Shown: positions 53,417 through 62,144 of the stretch, piece after piece
How the letters are laid out: each line of letters opens with the position of its first letter
Position numbering within the stretch: position 1 is the stretch's first letter
NCBI GenBank assembly: GCA_045130815.1
Contig: JBGUQG010000143.1
Coordinates: forward strand, 12,049 to 76,048
DNA length: 64,000 nucleotides
Direction of reading: 5' to 3'
Source of the DNA: Christensenellales bacterium
Lineage (GTDB): Bacteria; Bacillota; Clostridia; Christensenellales; Aristaeellaceae
Made by a program: the position numbers and the translations under genes
Notes under the pieces: generated by a model
What the model was told of the DNA's origin: nothing
The model's input: only the letters and a program-made list of their open reading frames with translations
Databases searched by the model: none

Positions 53417-54256
53417 ATGAAGATCACCTACTTCGGCACCACCACGCTGCTGTTTGACGACGGGCAGGACCAGGTGCTGTTCGACGCCCACTTCACCCGG
53501 CCCTCGCTGGGCAGGTACATCTTCGGCCGGGGCGAAACCGACAGGGCGCTGGCGGACGCGCTGCTGGAGCGCCACCGCGTGAACCGGCTGCGGGCGATAT
53601 TCGCATCCCATGCCCATCACGACCACGTGATGGACGCGCCTTATGTGGCAATCCGCACCGGGGCCGGGATCTTCGGATCGATGTCGGCGCTAAACGTGGC
53701 CCGGGGCGGCGGCGTGCCGGAGGAGCGGCTCACCGAATTCCACGGCGGCGAGACCTGCGAAGTGGGCGGCTTCCGGGTGAAGGTGATCCCCTCGCTGCAC
53801 TCCAAGCCCACGCTGATCAACAACGACCTGGGCGTGACCATCGACCGGCCCCTCAGGCAGCCGGCGCGGCTGCGGGACTACCACGAGGGCGGCTCCTTTG
53901 ACTTCCTGGTGGAGCACGACGAAAGGCGATACCTGATTCGCCCCAGCTTCAACTACATCGAGGGCCAGCTGGACGGCATCCGGGCCGACGTGCTGTTCCT
54001 GGGCACCGCCGGCCTGGCCAAGGCCGACAAAGAGACCGAGGCCCGGTTCTTCGCCGAGACGGTGGACAAGGTAAAGCCAAAGCTGGTGATTCCGCTGCAC
54101 TGGGACAACTTCTTCTCCCCGCTGGACAAGCCCGCCAAAGGCATGATCCCACTGGTGGAGCGCACCGAGGTCGCCTTCTTCAGGCTGGTACAAAACTGCG
54201 AGGCCCGGGGCGTGAACTGCCTGGTGCAGCTGCCCCGGACCTCGATAGAGATTTGA
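53417..54256 (+). CDS. MBL-fold metallo-hydrolase
   Basis: HxHxDH motif SHAHHDHVMD. Starts 6 nt after the cyclase stop. Confidence 0.82.
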   Translation: MKITYFGTTTLLFDDGQDQVLFDAHFTRPSLGRYIFGRGETDRALADALLERHRVNRLRAIFASHAHHDHVMDAPYVAIRTGAGIFGSMSALNVARGGGVPEERLTEFHGGETCEVGGFRVKVIPSLHSKPTLINNDLGVTIDRPLRQPARLRDYHEGGSFDFLVEHDERRYLIRPSFNYIEGQLDGIRADVLFLGTAGLAKADKETEARFFAETVDKVKPKLVIPLHWDNFFSPLDKPAKGMIPLVERTEVAFFRLVQNCEARGVNCLVQLPRTSIEI

Positions 54257-54269
54257 TTATGTGATTTGC

Positions 54270-55241
54270 CTATTGAAACAACTGGCGCTCCAGGCTGAAC
54301 GTCGGCAGCCCGCCCTCGAAGCCCACCTTCATGATATAGCAGTGACGGTTGGGATCGTACAGCGGGTCGCCGACGATTTCGTCATACTGCCGGGCGTGAT
54401 AGGAGGTATAGACCTCCCCCGCCGCGTCGGTGAAGAAGGTGTTGTGGCCCGGACCGTACAGGCCGCGACTCGCGTCGGTGGTCAATACGGGGCGGTTCAG
54501 CTTGTGCCAGCAGGCGATATCCATCAGATCGGCGTCCGCGTCGGCCCAGAGCAGCCCCATGCAGTAGGCGGGGCTGGTGTCGCTGGCCGAGAAGGCCAGG
54601 TACACCTTATCGCCATGGGCGACAAAGGCAGGGCCCTCGTTCACCCAGAATTCGTGGCGTTCCCAGGCGTAGGAGGGTGAGGACAAAAGCATCTGAGGGG
54701 TTTTAAGGGTCAGGGGGTCGGACATTTCGGCGATGTACAGGTTGGAGATCTTGCGCCCCACGCTGACCTTCTCGGCCCAGACACAGAAGCGACGGCCGCG
54801 GTGCTCAAATACCGTCATGTCCAGCGAAAAATCGGTGAAGCTGAACGCGTCCCCGTCGGCCCGCTTCAGCATGCCGCACTCCGTCCAGGGTCCCGCCAGG
54901 GGATCGTCGCCCTCGCAGCGCAGCACCCAGGGGCGCAGCGCCCAGATGTCGTCCCTGCGGCTGGCGGCAAAATAGATGTACCACGCGCCGTCCATAAAGT
55001 GCAGCTCCGGGGCCCAGATATGCTGGCTCATATCGCCGGATCCGTGGGCGCGCCACACGACGGTCTCCTCCGCTTTGCGCAGGCCCTCCAGCGAATCCGC
55101 GCGGCGCAGCGCGATGCGGTCATACTCCGGCACGGAGGCGGTAAAATACCACCTGTCGCCGTGGCGCAGCACATAGGGGTCGGCCCGCTGAGCGATGAAG
55201 GGCGCGTTGAAGGCGGTGCGTCTGAAATTTCCTCTGTTCAT
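54270..55241 (-). CDS. GH43-family glycoside hydrolase (arabinofuranosidase/xylosidase-like)
   Basis: ADPYVLRHGDRWYFTAS, WAPELHFMDGAWYIYF and GPGHNTFF motifs typical of the GH43 five-bladed propeller. Confidence 0.88.
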   Translation of the reverse strand: MNRGNFRRTAFNAPFIAQRADPYVLRHGDRWYFTASVPEYDRIALRRADSLEGLRKAEETVVWRAHGSGDMSQHIWAPELHFMDGAWYIYFAASRRDDIWALRPWVLRCEGDDPLAGPWTECGMLKRADGDAFSFTDFSLDMTVFEHRGRRFCVWAEKVSVGRKISNLYIAEMSDPLTLKTPQMLLSSPSYAWERHEFWVNEGPAFVAHGDKVYLAFSASDTSPAYCMGLLWADADADLMDIACWHKLNRPVLTTDASRGLYGPGHNTFFTDAAGEVYTSYHARQYDEIVGDPLYDPNRHCYIMKVGFEGGLPTFSLERQLFQ

Positions 55242-55256
55242 ATCGTTCGCATCTTC

Positions 55257-57143
55257 CTATTCTACAATGATAGTCATTTCAACGATATCTCCTTCTGGAG
55301 GCAAATCGCGTTCAGGCGTCATCTCCAGATAGGGCAATCCAGTCGAAGCCCAATGGACACGGCGGATTCCGGGCTGTCGATTCAGGCTGCGATCCTGGGC
55401 ATCGTGGGGAACCGCGTGATAGACCATCAGGTCGTCCCCGGTATCCGGATCCTTGACAAAGCTGTTGTGGCCGGGACCATACTGGCCGGGGACGCTCTCC
55501 TTGGTCAGCAGAGGATAGGGCCACCATTCCCAGCTCGTGGGATCCAATAGATCTGTCCCAGTCTTGGCGCGAAGCAGACCCACGTTGTACAGGTCGGTCA
55601 TGCCTGTGGATGAACCGGAAACGGTCACAAAAAGATCGTCGCCGTGGCGCAGAAGGTAGGGCCCTTCATCTACTTCCGTTTCATAGCGGTCCCAGCCGTA
55701 CATGGGTCGGATCACGCGCACCGGCGCGCTGGTCAACCGCCAGGGCTCAGAGGGATTTACGGTAGCGATGTAAATATCTGCCGGCTCCGCCAGCTGTGTT
55801 CCGCTTTTCCGTTGAATTCTGCGGTTTGACCACATCACATAATCCCTGCTGTCGTCCCTAAACCATGTCATATCCAGGGAAATGCCGTCCTCGGTCAAAG
55901 GACTGCCATCCTCCTTTGCGCACATATGAGGCGCTTCCCACGCAGTCGGGTCCAGCGGATCGCCGTGGCATCGCAGCACACAGGCCTGAACCCTCGTCCA
56001 GTCGCCGCCAGGACAGAGCGCGGTGAACATATACAGCTTGCCGTCTATCTCGTGCAGCTCCGCAGCCCATGTACCTGTGAAGGGCTCATCTTGCTTCAAA
56101 GGAATGCGATACACGACCACCGGTTCAGCGGCAAACGTGTCCTCCGGCCGGTCCGCGCAGCGCAGTACGATGTTCTGATTCCCGGTCGAGGAGAGATAGT
56201 ATCGGCCCTTATAGGCTGTCACGCACGGATCGGACATTCCAAAGCGCATATTCGGGTCATTGATGTCATCCGGGGCGTATTCGCCAAAATTGAGGCGCAT
56301 CGGGAAGGGCCATTGCTTGACTTCCAGCCTGCCGCGGACGGTATAAGTGCCCGGCGTTGTCGTGTCCACCTTGGAAAGCGCGTCTGCGTCCCACTTTACC
56401 GGCTTGCTGTGCGTTGATCCGTCGTTGTACAGGCACACAGCGCCGGGCAGACTGGAGGCGTCAAGACTCTTTCCTGCGGGGATATGTAGATTCACTGGAA
56501 CGGTGCCAACGCAACGGATCTCGTCGAGGTAAGCCCGCAGGGTCTCTGCCTCGGTATCGGAAACGGGAATCACATTGCCAGGCACACAGCCCTCGATGCC
56601 GTAATCGGCGTGTTGCACGTCGGGCTCCGGGCAGAGCTCCATTGCTTCGAGGTTCACAAAGTCATGGGTCTGACCGCGCCAACACCCGTTTTCGTCCTTC
56701 CAAAGCACCTTGTAGACCTGGGCCTCCGGGTCCCATTCACAGCGGGGCGTGTGGATTTCGCTGTTTGATACCTGGAACAGCCCCAAATCCTGGAATTGCA
56801 CCAGATCCACCAAGGCGTACAGCTGCATCGCGCCGCAGCTGCGCGTATCCGGCGCATTTTGATTGCGTCGGATCGCGCAAAGCATGAAGCTGCCATTGCT
56901 GTCACGGAAGAGCCACGGCTCCGCCAACGTTTTGGTCGTTCCCCTTGGATTACCCTCGTCAAAGGCTGCCCGTGCGAACAGCACGCCGGTATTGTTGCGC
57001 AATGGCTTGAAATGGATGCCGTCTTCGCTGATGGCGAAGTGTACGGCGTGCTCCCAATCACAATTCATTGCCACGTGTCCGGGATAGTTATGGTCGGGAT
57101 AGGTTCCCACGCCTGATTTGGTATAGCAGAGAACGTATGCCAT
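55257..57143 (-). CDS. Multidomain GH43-like glycoside hydrolase (N-terminal propeller-like domain, Ig-like domain, C-terminal GH43 domain)
   Basis: C-terminal half has MSDPCVTAYKGRYYLSSTG, WAAELHEIDGKLYMF and GPGHNSFV. The central segment VKWDADALSKVDTTTPGTYTVRG resembles a bacterial Ig-like domain. GGAGG RBS before the ATG at 57143. Confidence 0.8.
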   Translation of the reverse strand: MAYVLCYTKSGVGTYPDHNYPGHVAMNCDWEHAVHFAISEDGIHFKPLRNNTGVLFARAAFDEGNPRGTTKTLAEPWLFRDSNGSFMLCAIRRNQNAPDTRSCGAMQLYALVDLVQFQDLGLFQVSNSEIHTPRCEWDPEAQVYKVLWKDENGCWRGQTHDFVNLEAMELCPEPDVQHADYGIEGCVPGNVIPVSDTEAETLRAYLDEIRCVGTVPVNLHIPAGKSLDASSLPGAVCLYNDGSTHSKPVKWDADALSKVDTTTPGTYTVRGRLEVKQWPFPMRLNFGEYAPDDINDPNMRFGMSDPCVTAYKGRYYLSSTGNQNIVLRCADRPEDTFAAEPVVVYRIPLKQDEPFTGTWAAELHEIDGKLYMFTALCPGGDWTRVQACVLRCHGDPLDPTAWEAPHMCAKEDGSPLTEDGISLDMTWFRDDSRDYVMWSNRRIQRKSGTQLAEPADIYIATVNPSEPWRLTSAPVRVIRPMYGWDRYETEVDEGPYLLRHGDDLFVTVSGSSTGMTDLYNVGLLRAKTGTDLLDPTSWEWWPYPLLTKESVPGQYGPGHNSFVKDPDTGDDLMVYHAVPHDAQDRSLNRQPGIRRVHWASTGLPYLEMTPERDLPPEGDIVEMTIIVE

Positions 57144-57177
57144 ATCAAACCTCCACAAAGTGTAATACTCGACAGAA

Positions 57178-58047
57178 TCATCCCTTGATGCCGGAGGTTG
57201 CCTGACCCGCGACAAAATATTTCTGGCCAAAGATGTACAGCACCAGCATGGGCAGCATCGATACCGCGGCGGCGGTGAAGGCGAGGCTGTACTCGGAGGT
57301 CCTGTTTCCAATGAACATCGCCAGGCCGTTGGACAACGTGCGCATCTTGGTCGAGCTGGCGACGATCAAAGGCCAGAGCAGATCGTTCCAGCAGTTGTTG
57401 ACGCTCAGCAGAACCACGGTAATCAGTGTGGGCTTGATCAAGGGCATCATGATTTGCAGGAATATCCTGAATTCACCGAGGCCGTCGATTCTCGCCGCGT
57501 CCTCCAGCTCCTTGGGGAGGCCCTGGAAGGCTGAACGATACAGGAAGATCCAATAAGCGCTGGCAATCTTGGGCACGATGAGACCCAAAAAGGTGTTCAG
57601 CCAGCCCATGTAATAGATCTCCAGATACAGCGGCACCATGATGACCTGGAAGGGAATCATCATCGTTGCCAGGAAAATGAGGAAGATCACGTTCTTGCCA
57701 CGGAACTTGAAGCGGGCGAACGCGTAGCCCGCCATGGCGTTGACCAAAAGCCCAGGGATCGTCGTTCCAACGGCGTAGATCAGCGTATTCCGCGTGAGGC
57801 TGAGCATATCTACCCGCGCCACCACATTTCGCCAGTTTTCCACAAGATGGTTCGCCGTGGGGAAGAACCTGGGCGGATAGCTGAGGATTTCCGCGTCGTT
57901 TTTAAACATGCCCAGGCACATCCAAACCAGGGGCGCCAGCAGCAGAAAGGCGAACAGCACCAATACCAGGAATATGGGCAGGTATTTCAAGGCGCGCTTG
58001 ATCTGATAATTCACGGGCTCCTTCGCCCGCTGAACGGAAGATGTCAT
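57178..58047 (-). CDS. Sugar ABC transporter permease (MalG type)
   Basis: EAA loop LEDAARIDGLGEFRIFLQIMMPLIKP. ATG at 58047 has a 9-nt spacing to GGAGG. The track start at 58053 is a TTG too close to the RBS. Confidence 0.88.
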   Translation of the reverse strand: MTSSVQRAKEPVNYQIKRALKYLPIFLVLVLFAFLLLAPLVWMCLGMFKNDAEILSYPPRFFPTANHLVENWRNVVARVDMLSLTRNTLIYAVGTTIPGLLVNAMAGYAFARFKFRGKNVIFLIFLATMMIPFQVIMVPLYLEIYYMGWLNTFLGLIVPKIASAYWIFLYRSAFQGLPKELEDAARIDGLGEFRIFLQIMMPLIKPTLITVVLLSVNNCWNDLLWPLIVASSTKMRTLSNGLAMFIGNRTSEYSLAFTAAAVSMLPMLVLYIFGQKYFVAGQATSGIKG

Positions 58048-58062
58048 GTTCAAACGCCTCCT

Positions 58063-58965
58063 TTATTCCGAAGTTTTGTTCATGATACTGTACATGATGA
58101 TCGTAATGATCATGATGAAGCCAAACAACAGCTCGCTCATGGCTGTGGCATAACCCATCTTGTTCAGGCTGTTGAAGGCAGTATCATAGATGTACACCAC
58201 CATCGTGGTGGTCGCCCTGCTCGGTCCGCCTCCTGTCATGGTGTAGACGATGTCAAACATCTGGAGAGAACCGATGATGCGGGTCATCAGCAAAAACCAA
58301 AATGACGGCATGATGCCCGGCAGCGTGACATGGAAGAACTGGGCCGCTTTGCCAGCGCCGTCGATGGCGGAGGCCTCATACAGCGATTCGGGAATGTTCT
58401 GGATCGCGGAAACCAGTATGATGGCTGAAATGCCAAACGTCTTCCAGATCGCCACAAATATGACCACATAGATCGCGGTCGATGTGTTGTTCAGCAGGTT
58501 TGCGTCCGGGATGCCCAGCAGCTTCAGCCAGTAGGTGAATATGCCGATGTTGGAGTGCATGACCAGTTGGAATGTGACGCCGACCGTCACCGCAGAGGTG
58601 ACGACGGGAAGGAAGTAGATGCTGCGAAACAGCTTGTTGATGACGGAGTTGCGCGTCAAAAGCGCGGAGAGCAGTACGCCGATGATCATTTGCAGCGGCA
58701 CCTCTATACCCGTGTATCGCAGCGTGATGCCGATACTCTGCAAAAAACGGCGATCCGAAAAGGACTTGACAAAGTTCTTCAGGCCCACAAACTCCGCTCT
58801 TGAAAGATCAACGCCCATATCCTGGGTGCTGACGTAGAACGAGGCGATCAGCGGAATGATGCAAAAGAGGAGAAGCAATATAGCGGCAGGCGCGAGGAAG
58901 AGGTAGGCCGTTCGCTCCAGCCGCCGCTCATAGGAAATCTGTCTTGTGCGTCCCGTCGCAACCAT
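58063..58965 (-). CDS. Sugar ABC transporter permease (MalF type)
   Basis: EAA loop LYEASAIDGAGKAAQFFHVTLPGIMP. GGAGGG RBS before the ATG at 58965. Confidence 0.88.
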   Translation of the reverse strand: MVATGRTRQISYERRLERTAYLFLAPAAILLLLFCIIPLIASFYVSTQDMGVDLSRAEFVGLKNFVKSFSDRRFLQSIGITLRYTGIEVPLQMIIGVLLSALLTRNSVINKLFRSIYFLPVVTSAVTVGVTFQLVMHSNIGIFTYWLKLLGIPDANLLNNTSTAIYVVIFVAIWKTFGISAIILVSAIQNIPESLYEASAIDGAGKAAQFFHVTLPGIMPSFWFLLMTRIIGSLQMFDIVYTMTGGGPSRATTTMVVYIYDTAFNSLNKMGYATAMSELLFGFIMIITIIMYSIMNKTSE

Positions 58966-59045
58966 GTGAATCCCTCCAGAATGATGCGGTAAAGGGGACG
59001 CCGGAACGCGCCGGCATCCCCTTGGAATCATGTGTCGTAACCCTA

Positions 59046-60374
59046 TCAGCCGTAATAATCGGCAATGTAGCCCTCCAGGTCATCCTGGTACGGAGCGAAG
59101 AAGGACTGCACGTCGTCATAGGTGGGATCGGTGGGGCCGTTGAACACCCAATCCTCGACGTAATCGGCGTTGCAGGCAGCAACATCGCTCCAGAACAGGG
59201 TGCCGGGCGCGGAGAACATTTGAACCTGGGCTGTCTCGGTGGGAGTCAGGCCGACCAGGATCTCCTCGGCCTGGTATTCGGGGCTGTTGACCGTGGGCAG
59301 ATAGGCGTTCAGGTAGCACATGGAGATGGACCACTCTGCGTTGGGAGTAATGCCGCTGTAGTCGGTGTTCTGAGTGACCTCCTGGGCCTCCAGGCCGGAG
59401 CCTGTGAACCACCACTCGATGAACTTGTAGGCCGCGGCGGCGGTCTCGTCGGAAGCGGAGGTGGTCAGCATGAAGCAGTTCAGATCACCCAACGCATACT
59501 CATCCAGGCCTTCGCCGGTAGCTGTGGGCAGGCGGGTGATGCCGTAATTGATACCGGAAGCGTCCAGCGTGCCCTTGAGCCAGCCGCCGTTGGTCATCAG
59601 GCCAATCTGACCGGCAGCCATCATGCTGTCGATGTCGCGCTCCTTGGGGTTGTCGCCGTTGTCATACAGATTCTTCATCCAAATCATGGCATCCGCAAAA
59701 GCCTGATTGTTCAGCAGGTTGGCCTTGAAACCGCTCTCTTCGTCGCCGATGATCATGTAGTCGGTGCCAAAGCGCTGGATGACGGACTGGTTCTGGCCGT
59801 TGTAGCAGTAGAACAGACCGGAGCCATAGACCGGATTCTCTTCAGTGGACAGAGCGGTAATCTTCGCGGCAGCCTCGGTCCAGCCGTCGAAGCTGGTGGG
59901 AACCTCGTCAATGCCGGCGGCTTCCAGCAGGTCCTTGTTGTAGTACATCATAAAGGTGCTGATCTGGAAGGGGATGCCGTACAGGGCGCCGTCTTTGTGG
60001 GCCATGTCCATGTATGCAGTGGAAAAATCAGCTTCCTCGAGAGCGGTAGCATCCCAAATGTCGTCAATGGGGCGCAGATAGCCGTCGTACTTGTTCATGT
60101 CGTTGCAGTTCAGCAGCACCAGGTCCGCCGCCTCGCCGGTGGGCAGGGAGGTCTGGAGCATGTCGCCGAAGGAAGTGGTGCGGGTCATGTCCACAAACAC
60201 CTCATTCTGGCTTTCGTTGAACTTGGTGACGAGGGCCTGCAGCGCGTCGCCGTCGCCGCCGGTCCAGCTGTTCCAGAACACCACGGTGGTCTTTTCCCCC
60301 TCCGCCAGGGCAGCCGGGAGACCCAGCGCCAGCAGCAACGCAAGCGCAAGAGACAATGCAATCAGTTTCTTCAT
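59046..60374 (-). CDS. Sugar ABC transporter substrate-binding protein
   Basis: Signal peptide MKKLIALSLALALLLALGLPAALAEG. Family-1 solute-binding-protein features. AAGGAGG RBS. Confidence 0.88.
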   Translation of the reverse strand: MKKLIALSLALALLLALGLPAALAEGEKTTVVFWNSWTGGDGDALQALVTKFNESQNEVFVDMTRTTSFGDMLQTSLPTGEAADLVLLNCNDMNKYDGYLRPIDDIWDATALEEADFSTAYMDMAHKDGALYGIPFQISTFMMYYNKDLLEAAGIDEVPTSFDGWTEAAAKITALSTEENPVYGSGLFYCYNGQNQSVIQRFGTDYMIIGDEESGFKANLLNNQAFADAMIWMKNLYDNGDNPKERDIDSMMAAGQIGLMTNGGWLKGTLDASGINYGITRLPTATGEGLDEYALGDLNCFMLTTSASDETAAAAYKFIEWWFTGSGLEAQEVTQNTDYSGITPNAEWSISMCYLNAYLPTVNSPEYQAEEILVGLTPTETAQVQMFSAPGTLFWSDVAACNADYVEDWVFNGPTDPTYDDVQSFFAPYQDDLEGYIADYYG

Positions 60375-60430
60375 GGGATATACCTCCTTATTATTTGAAT
60401 AGCGTTCTGCGCTAATCAATTCAAGATAAG

Positions 60431-60446
60431 CACTTTAACGTTGCAG
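60431..60446. promoter_or_regulatory. LacI-type operator copy 1 (CACTTTAACGTTGCAG)
   Basis: One of three near-identical AACGTT-centred pseudo-palindromes in the divergent intergenic region. It lies 57 nt upstream of the binding-protein ATG. Confidence 0.6.
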
Positions 60447-60503
60447 TAAACCCGAAAAAGAAAAGCCCATTACTCGGTTATTGATTCATTCGGTCGTCAT
60501 GAA

Positions 60504-60519
60504 TACTTTAACGTTGAAG
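60504..60519. promoter_or_regulatory. LacI-type operator copy 2 (TACTTTAACGTTGAAG)
   Basis: CTTTAACGTTGAAG is a 14-bp imperfect palindrome, symmetric at 12 of 14 positions. Confidence 0.6.
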
Positions 60520-60554
60520 GACAGGGACAAAAATAATAGAGACTGTATTCATTG

Positions 60555-60570
60555 CACTTTAACGTTGTAG
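60555..60570. promoter_or_regulatory. LacI-type operator copy 3 (CACTTTAACGTTGTAG within GCACTTTAACGTTGTAGTGC)
   Basis: 20-bp imperfect palindrome immediately upstream of the -10 boxes of the divergent LacI gene. Confidence 0.6.
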
Positions 60571-60575
60571 TGCTT

Positions 60576-60602
60576 TGTATAATTAGAATATCATGTTATA
60601 AT
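60576..60602 (+). promoter_or_regulatory. Candidate -10 boxes for the LacI-family gene (TGTATAAT and TGTTATAAT)
   Basis: TATAAT at 60578-60583 and at 60597-60602, 60-80 nt upstream of the ATG at 60661. Confidence 0.45.
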
Positions 60603-60660
60603 AGAGTTGTCAAGAGTAAATTTTCCTTTTTGGAAATTATCTGTGGGAGAAAGTGATTGC

Positions 60661-61716
60661 ATGAATGGAAACAGAGGCTCCAAGCGAGTTACCCTGCATG
60701 ACATCGCGCAACGGACGGGATATTCCATGACAGCAGTTTCCCGCGCATTGCGAGGAAAAAGCGATATCGGGCCGGAAGCAACCGCTCAAATCCGAGAAGC
60801 GGCCCAAGAGATGGGGTATGTCGCCAATCAGACCGCCGTTTCGCTGCGCTACGGTCGAAGCAATATCATTACACTGATCCTGGCGCACATGGCCAACCCT
60901 TTCTTCAGCGTAATTACCGATCTGCTGCAAATCGCCGCGCAGGAGGCAGGTTACTCCCTGATGGTATTCTGCTCGCGGGGAGATGCTGAATTGGAGCTGC
61001 AGCAGGTGAGGGAAGCGATCGGACGCCGTGTCGATGGTGTACTGCTGTTCCCCACAAATCAAAGCGGCCCTTCCATCGAGTTATTGCGGGCGGCGGGAAT
61101 GCCCCATGTTCTGCTGTCCGCCAATCTGGAACCCGGCAAAACCGATTGTGTGACCTCCGATGATGAAAAAGGCGCTTACCTTGCGGCAATGCACCTCTTG
61201 GAAAAGGGCTGTCATCGCCTGGCGTTCCTTTCTGTCAATGACGATCTTCCATCCTATGCGCCCCGACGAGAAGGCTTTATTCGCGCGTGTGATGAAGCCG
61301 GCCTCTCTGGAACAGATCGAACTTGTTTATGTCTGCCAGAGCTTGCTGAATGCTCCTCTTCTGAAGCTTCTTTTGATTGGCGTTCGGCAATCGAAAAGAA
61401 GATTCTGCCCCTCAAGCAAGCGGGCTATGACGGATTGTTCATCTACTGCGATTATGACGCCTGGCACATTGTCAATGTACTGAAAAGCTCTCGCGTTTTA
61501 TGCCCGGAGGATTTCAGCATCGTTGGCTTTGACAATATTGACGGCGCTCTCGCCTCCCCCACAACACTCTGCAGCGTGGACACCAGCCTCGGCAAAATAG
61601 CGAAGCAAAGCATTTCGTTGCTGCAAACGCGCATCAACGGCAGCGACGAACCGCCACAGACGGTCGTGTGTCCCGTCCGCCTGGTCTGCCGGGACAGCTG
61701 CCGGCCGAAGGGCTGA
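60661..61716 (+). CDS. LacI-family transcriptional regulator
   Basis: HTH VTLHDIAQRTGYSMTAVSRALRGK plus a sugar-binding core. It is divergent from the GH43/ABC operon. Confidence 0.9.
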   Translation: MNGNRGSKRVTLHDIAQRTGYSMTAVSRALRGKSDIGPEATAQIREAAQEMGYVANQTAVSLRYGRSNIITLILAHMANPFFSVITDLLQIAAQEAGYSLMVFCSRGDAELELQQVREAIGRRVDGVLLFPTNQSGPSIELLRAAGMPHVLLSANLEPGKTDCVTSDDEKGAYLAAMHLLEKGCHRLAFLSVNDDLPSYAPRREGFIRACDEAGLSGTDRTCLCLPELAECSSSEASFDWRSAIEKKILPLKQAGYDGLFIYCDYDAWHIVNVLKSSRVLCPEDFSIVGFDNIDGALASPTTLCSVDTSLGKIAKQSISLLQTRINGSDEPPQTVVCPVRLVCRDSCRPKG

Positions 61717-61872
61717 TCACAGCCCCATCAGCGCGTCCAGCGAGAAGGGCTTTTTCCGAAGCCGCCTCCAGCTTTCCCGGTCGGCGTGGGCCACCCGCAG
61801 CTTGAAGCCCCGGTAGGGCAGGCCGAAGGGGCCCCGGCGATGGATCCTTTGAAGGTAGAAAATGGTCTTCAT
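61717..61872 (-). CDS. Small hypothetical ORF (51 aa), possibly a gene fragment
   Basis: AGGAGG RBS 8 nt upstream of the ATG at 61872. Basic peptide MKTIFYLQRIHRRGPFGLPYRGFKL.... It lies between the LacI stop and a plus-strand terminator, so coding status is doubtful. Confidence 0.3.
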   Translation of the reverse strand: MKTIFYLQRIHRRGPFGLPYRGFKLRVAHADRESWRRLRKKPFSLDALMGL

Positions 61873-61936
61873 GTACGTGTCCTCCTGTGCTTGATGGGCC
61901 CAGTATAGCGGCCCGCGCGTACCATAAAACGCACTC

Positions 61937-61971
61937 GACGCCCCGGCGGCCGCCCGGGGCGTCCGTTTTTT
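61937..61971 (+). terminator. Rho-independent terminator (plus strand)
   Basis: Stem GACGCCCCGG (61937-61946), 6-nt loop, stem CCGGGGCGTC (61953-61962), then CGTTTTTT. Confidence 0.7.
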
Positions 61972-62046
61972 CCCGCGCAAAGCGCATTATTTTTGTCACA
62001 TTTCCCAGAAAGGGCCCGGGCGGCTTATTTTGTCATGTTTAGAACA

Positions 62047-62075
62047 TTTACAAACCTATTTTTCTATGATAGAAT
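62047..62075 (+). promoter_or_regulatory. rnf operon promoter (TTTACA, 17-nt spacer, TGaTAGAAT)
   Basis: -35 TTTACA at 62047-62052 and extended -10 TGATAGAAT at 62067-62075, about 70 nt upstream of rnfC. Confidence 0.5.
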
Positions 62076-62144
62076 AAAAGAGGCATAATATGCGCTCCGG
62101 GCTCGGTCCCGGGGCGAAGGCCATATACAAAAAGGGGGTCGAGG

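Noticed and set aside
50612-53626. 1004-aa ORF on the minus strand opposite the diguanylate cyclase and MBL genes
   Set aside because: This is a shadow ORF with biased A, G, V, H, Q and R composition. The plus strand encodes coherent signal peptide, propeller, TM and GGDEF architecture.
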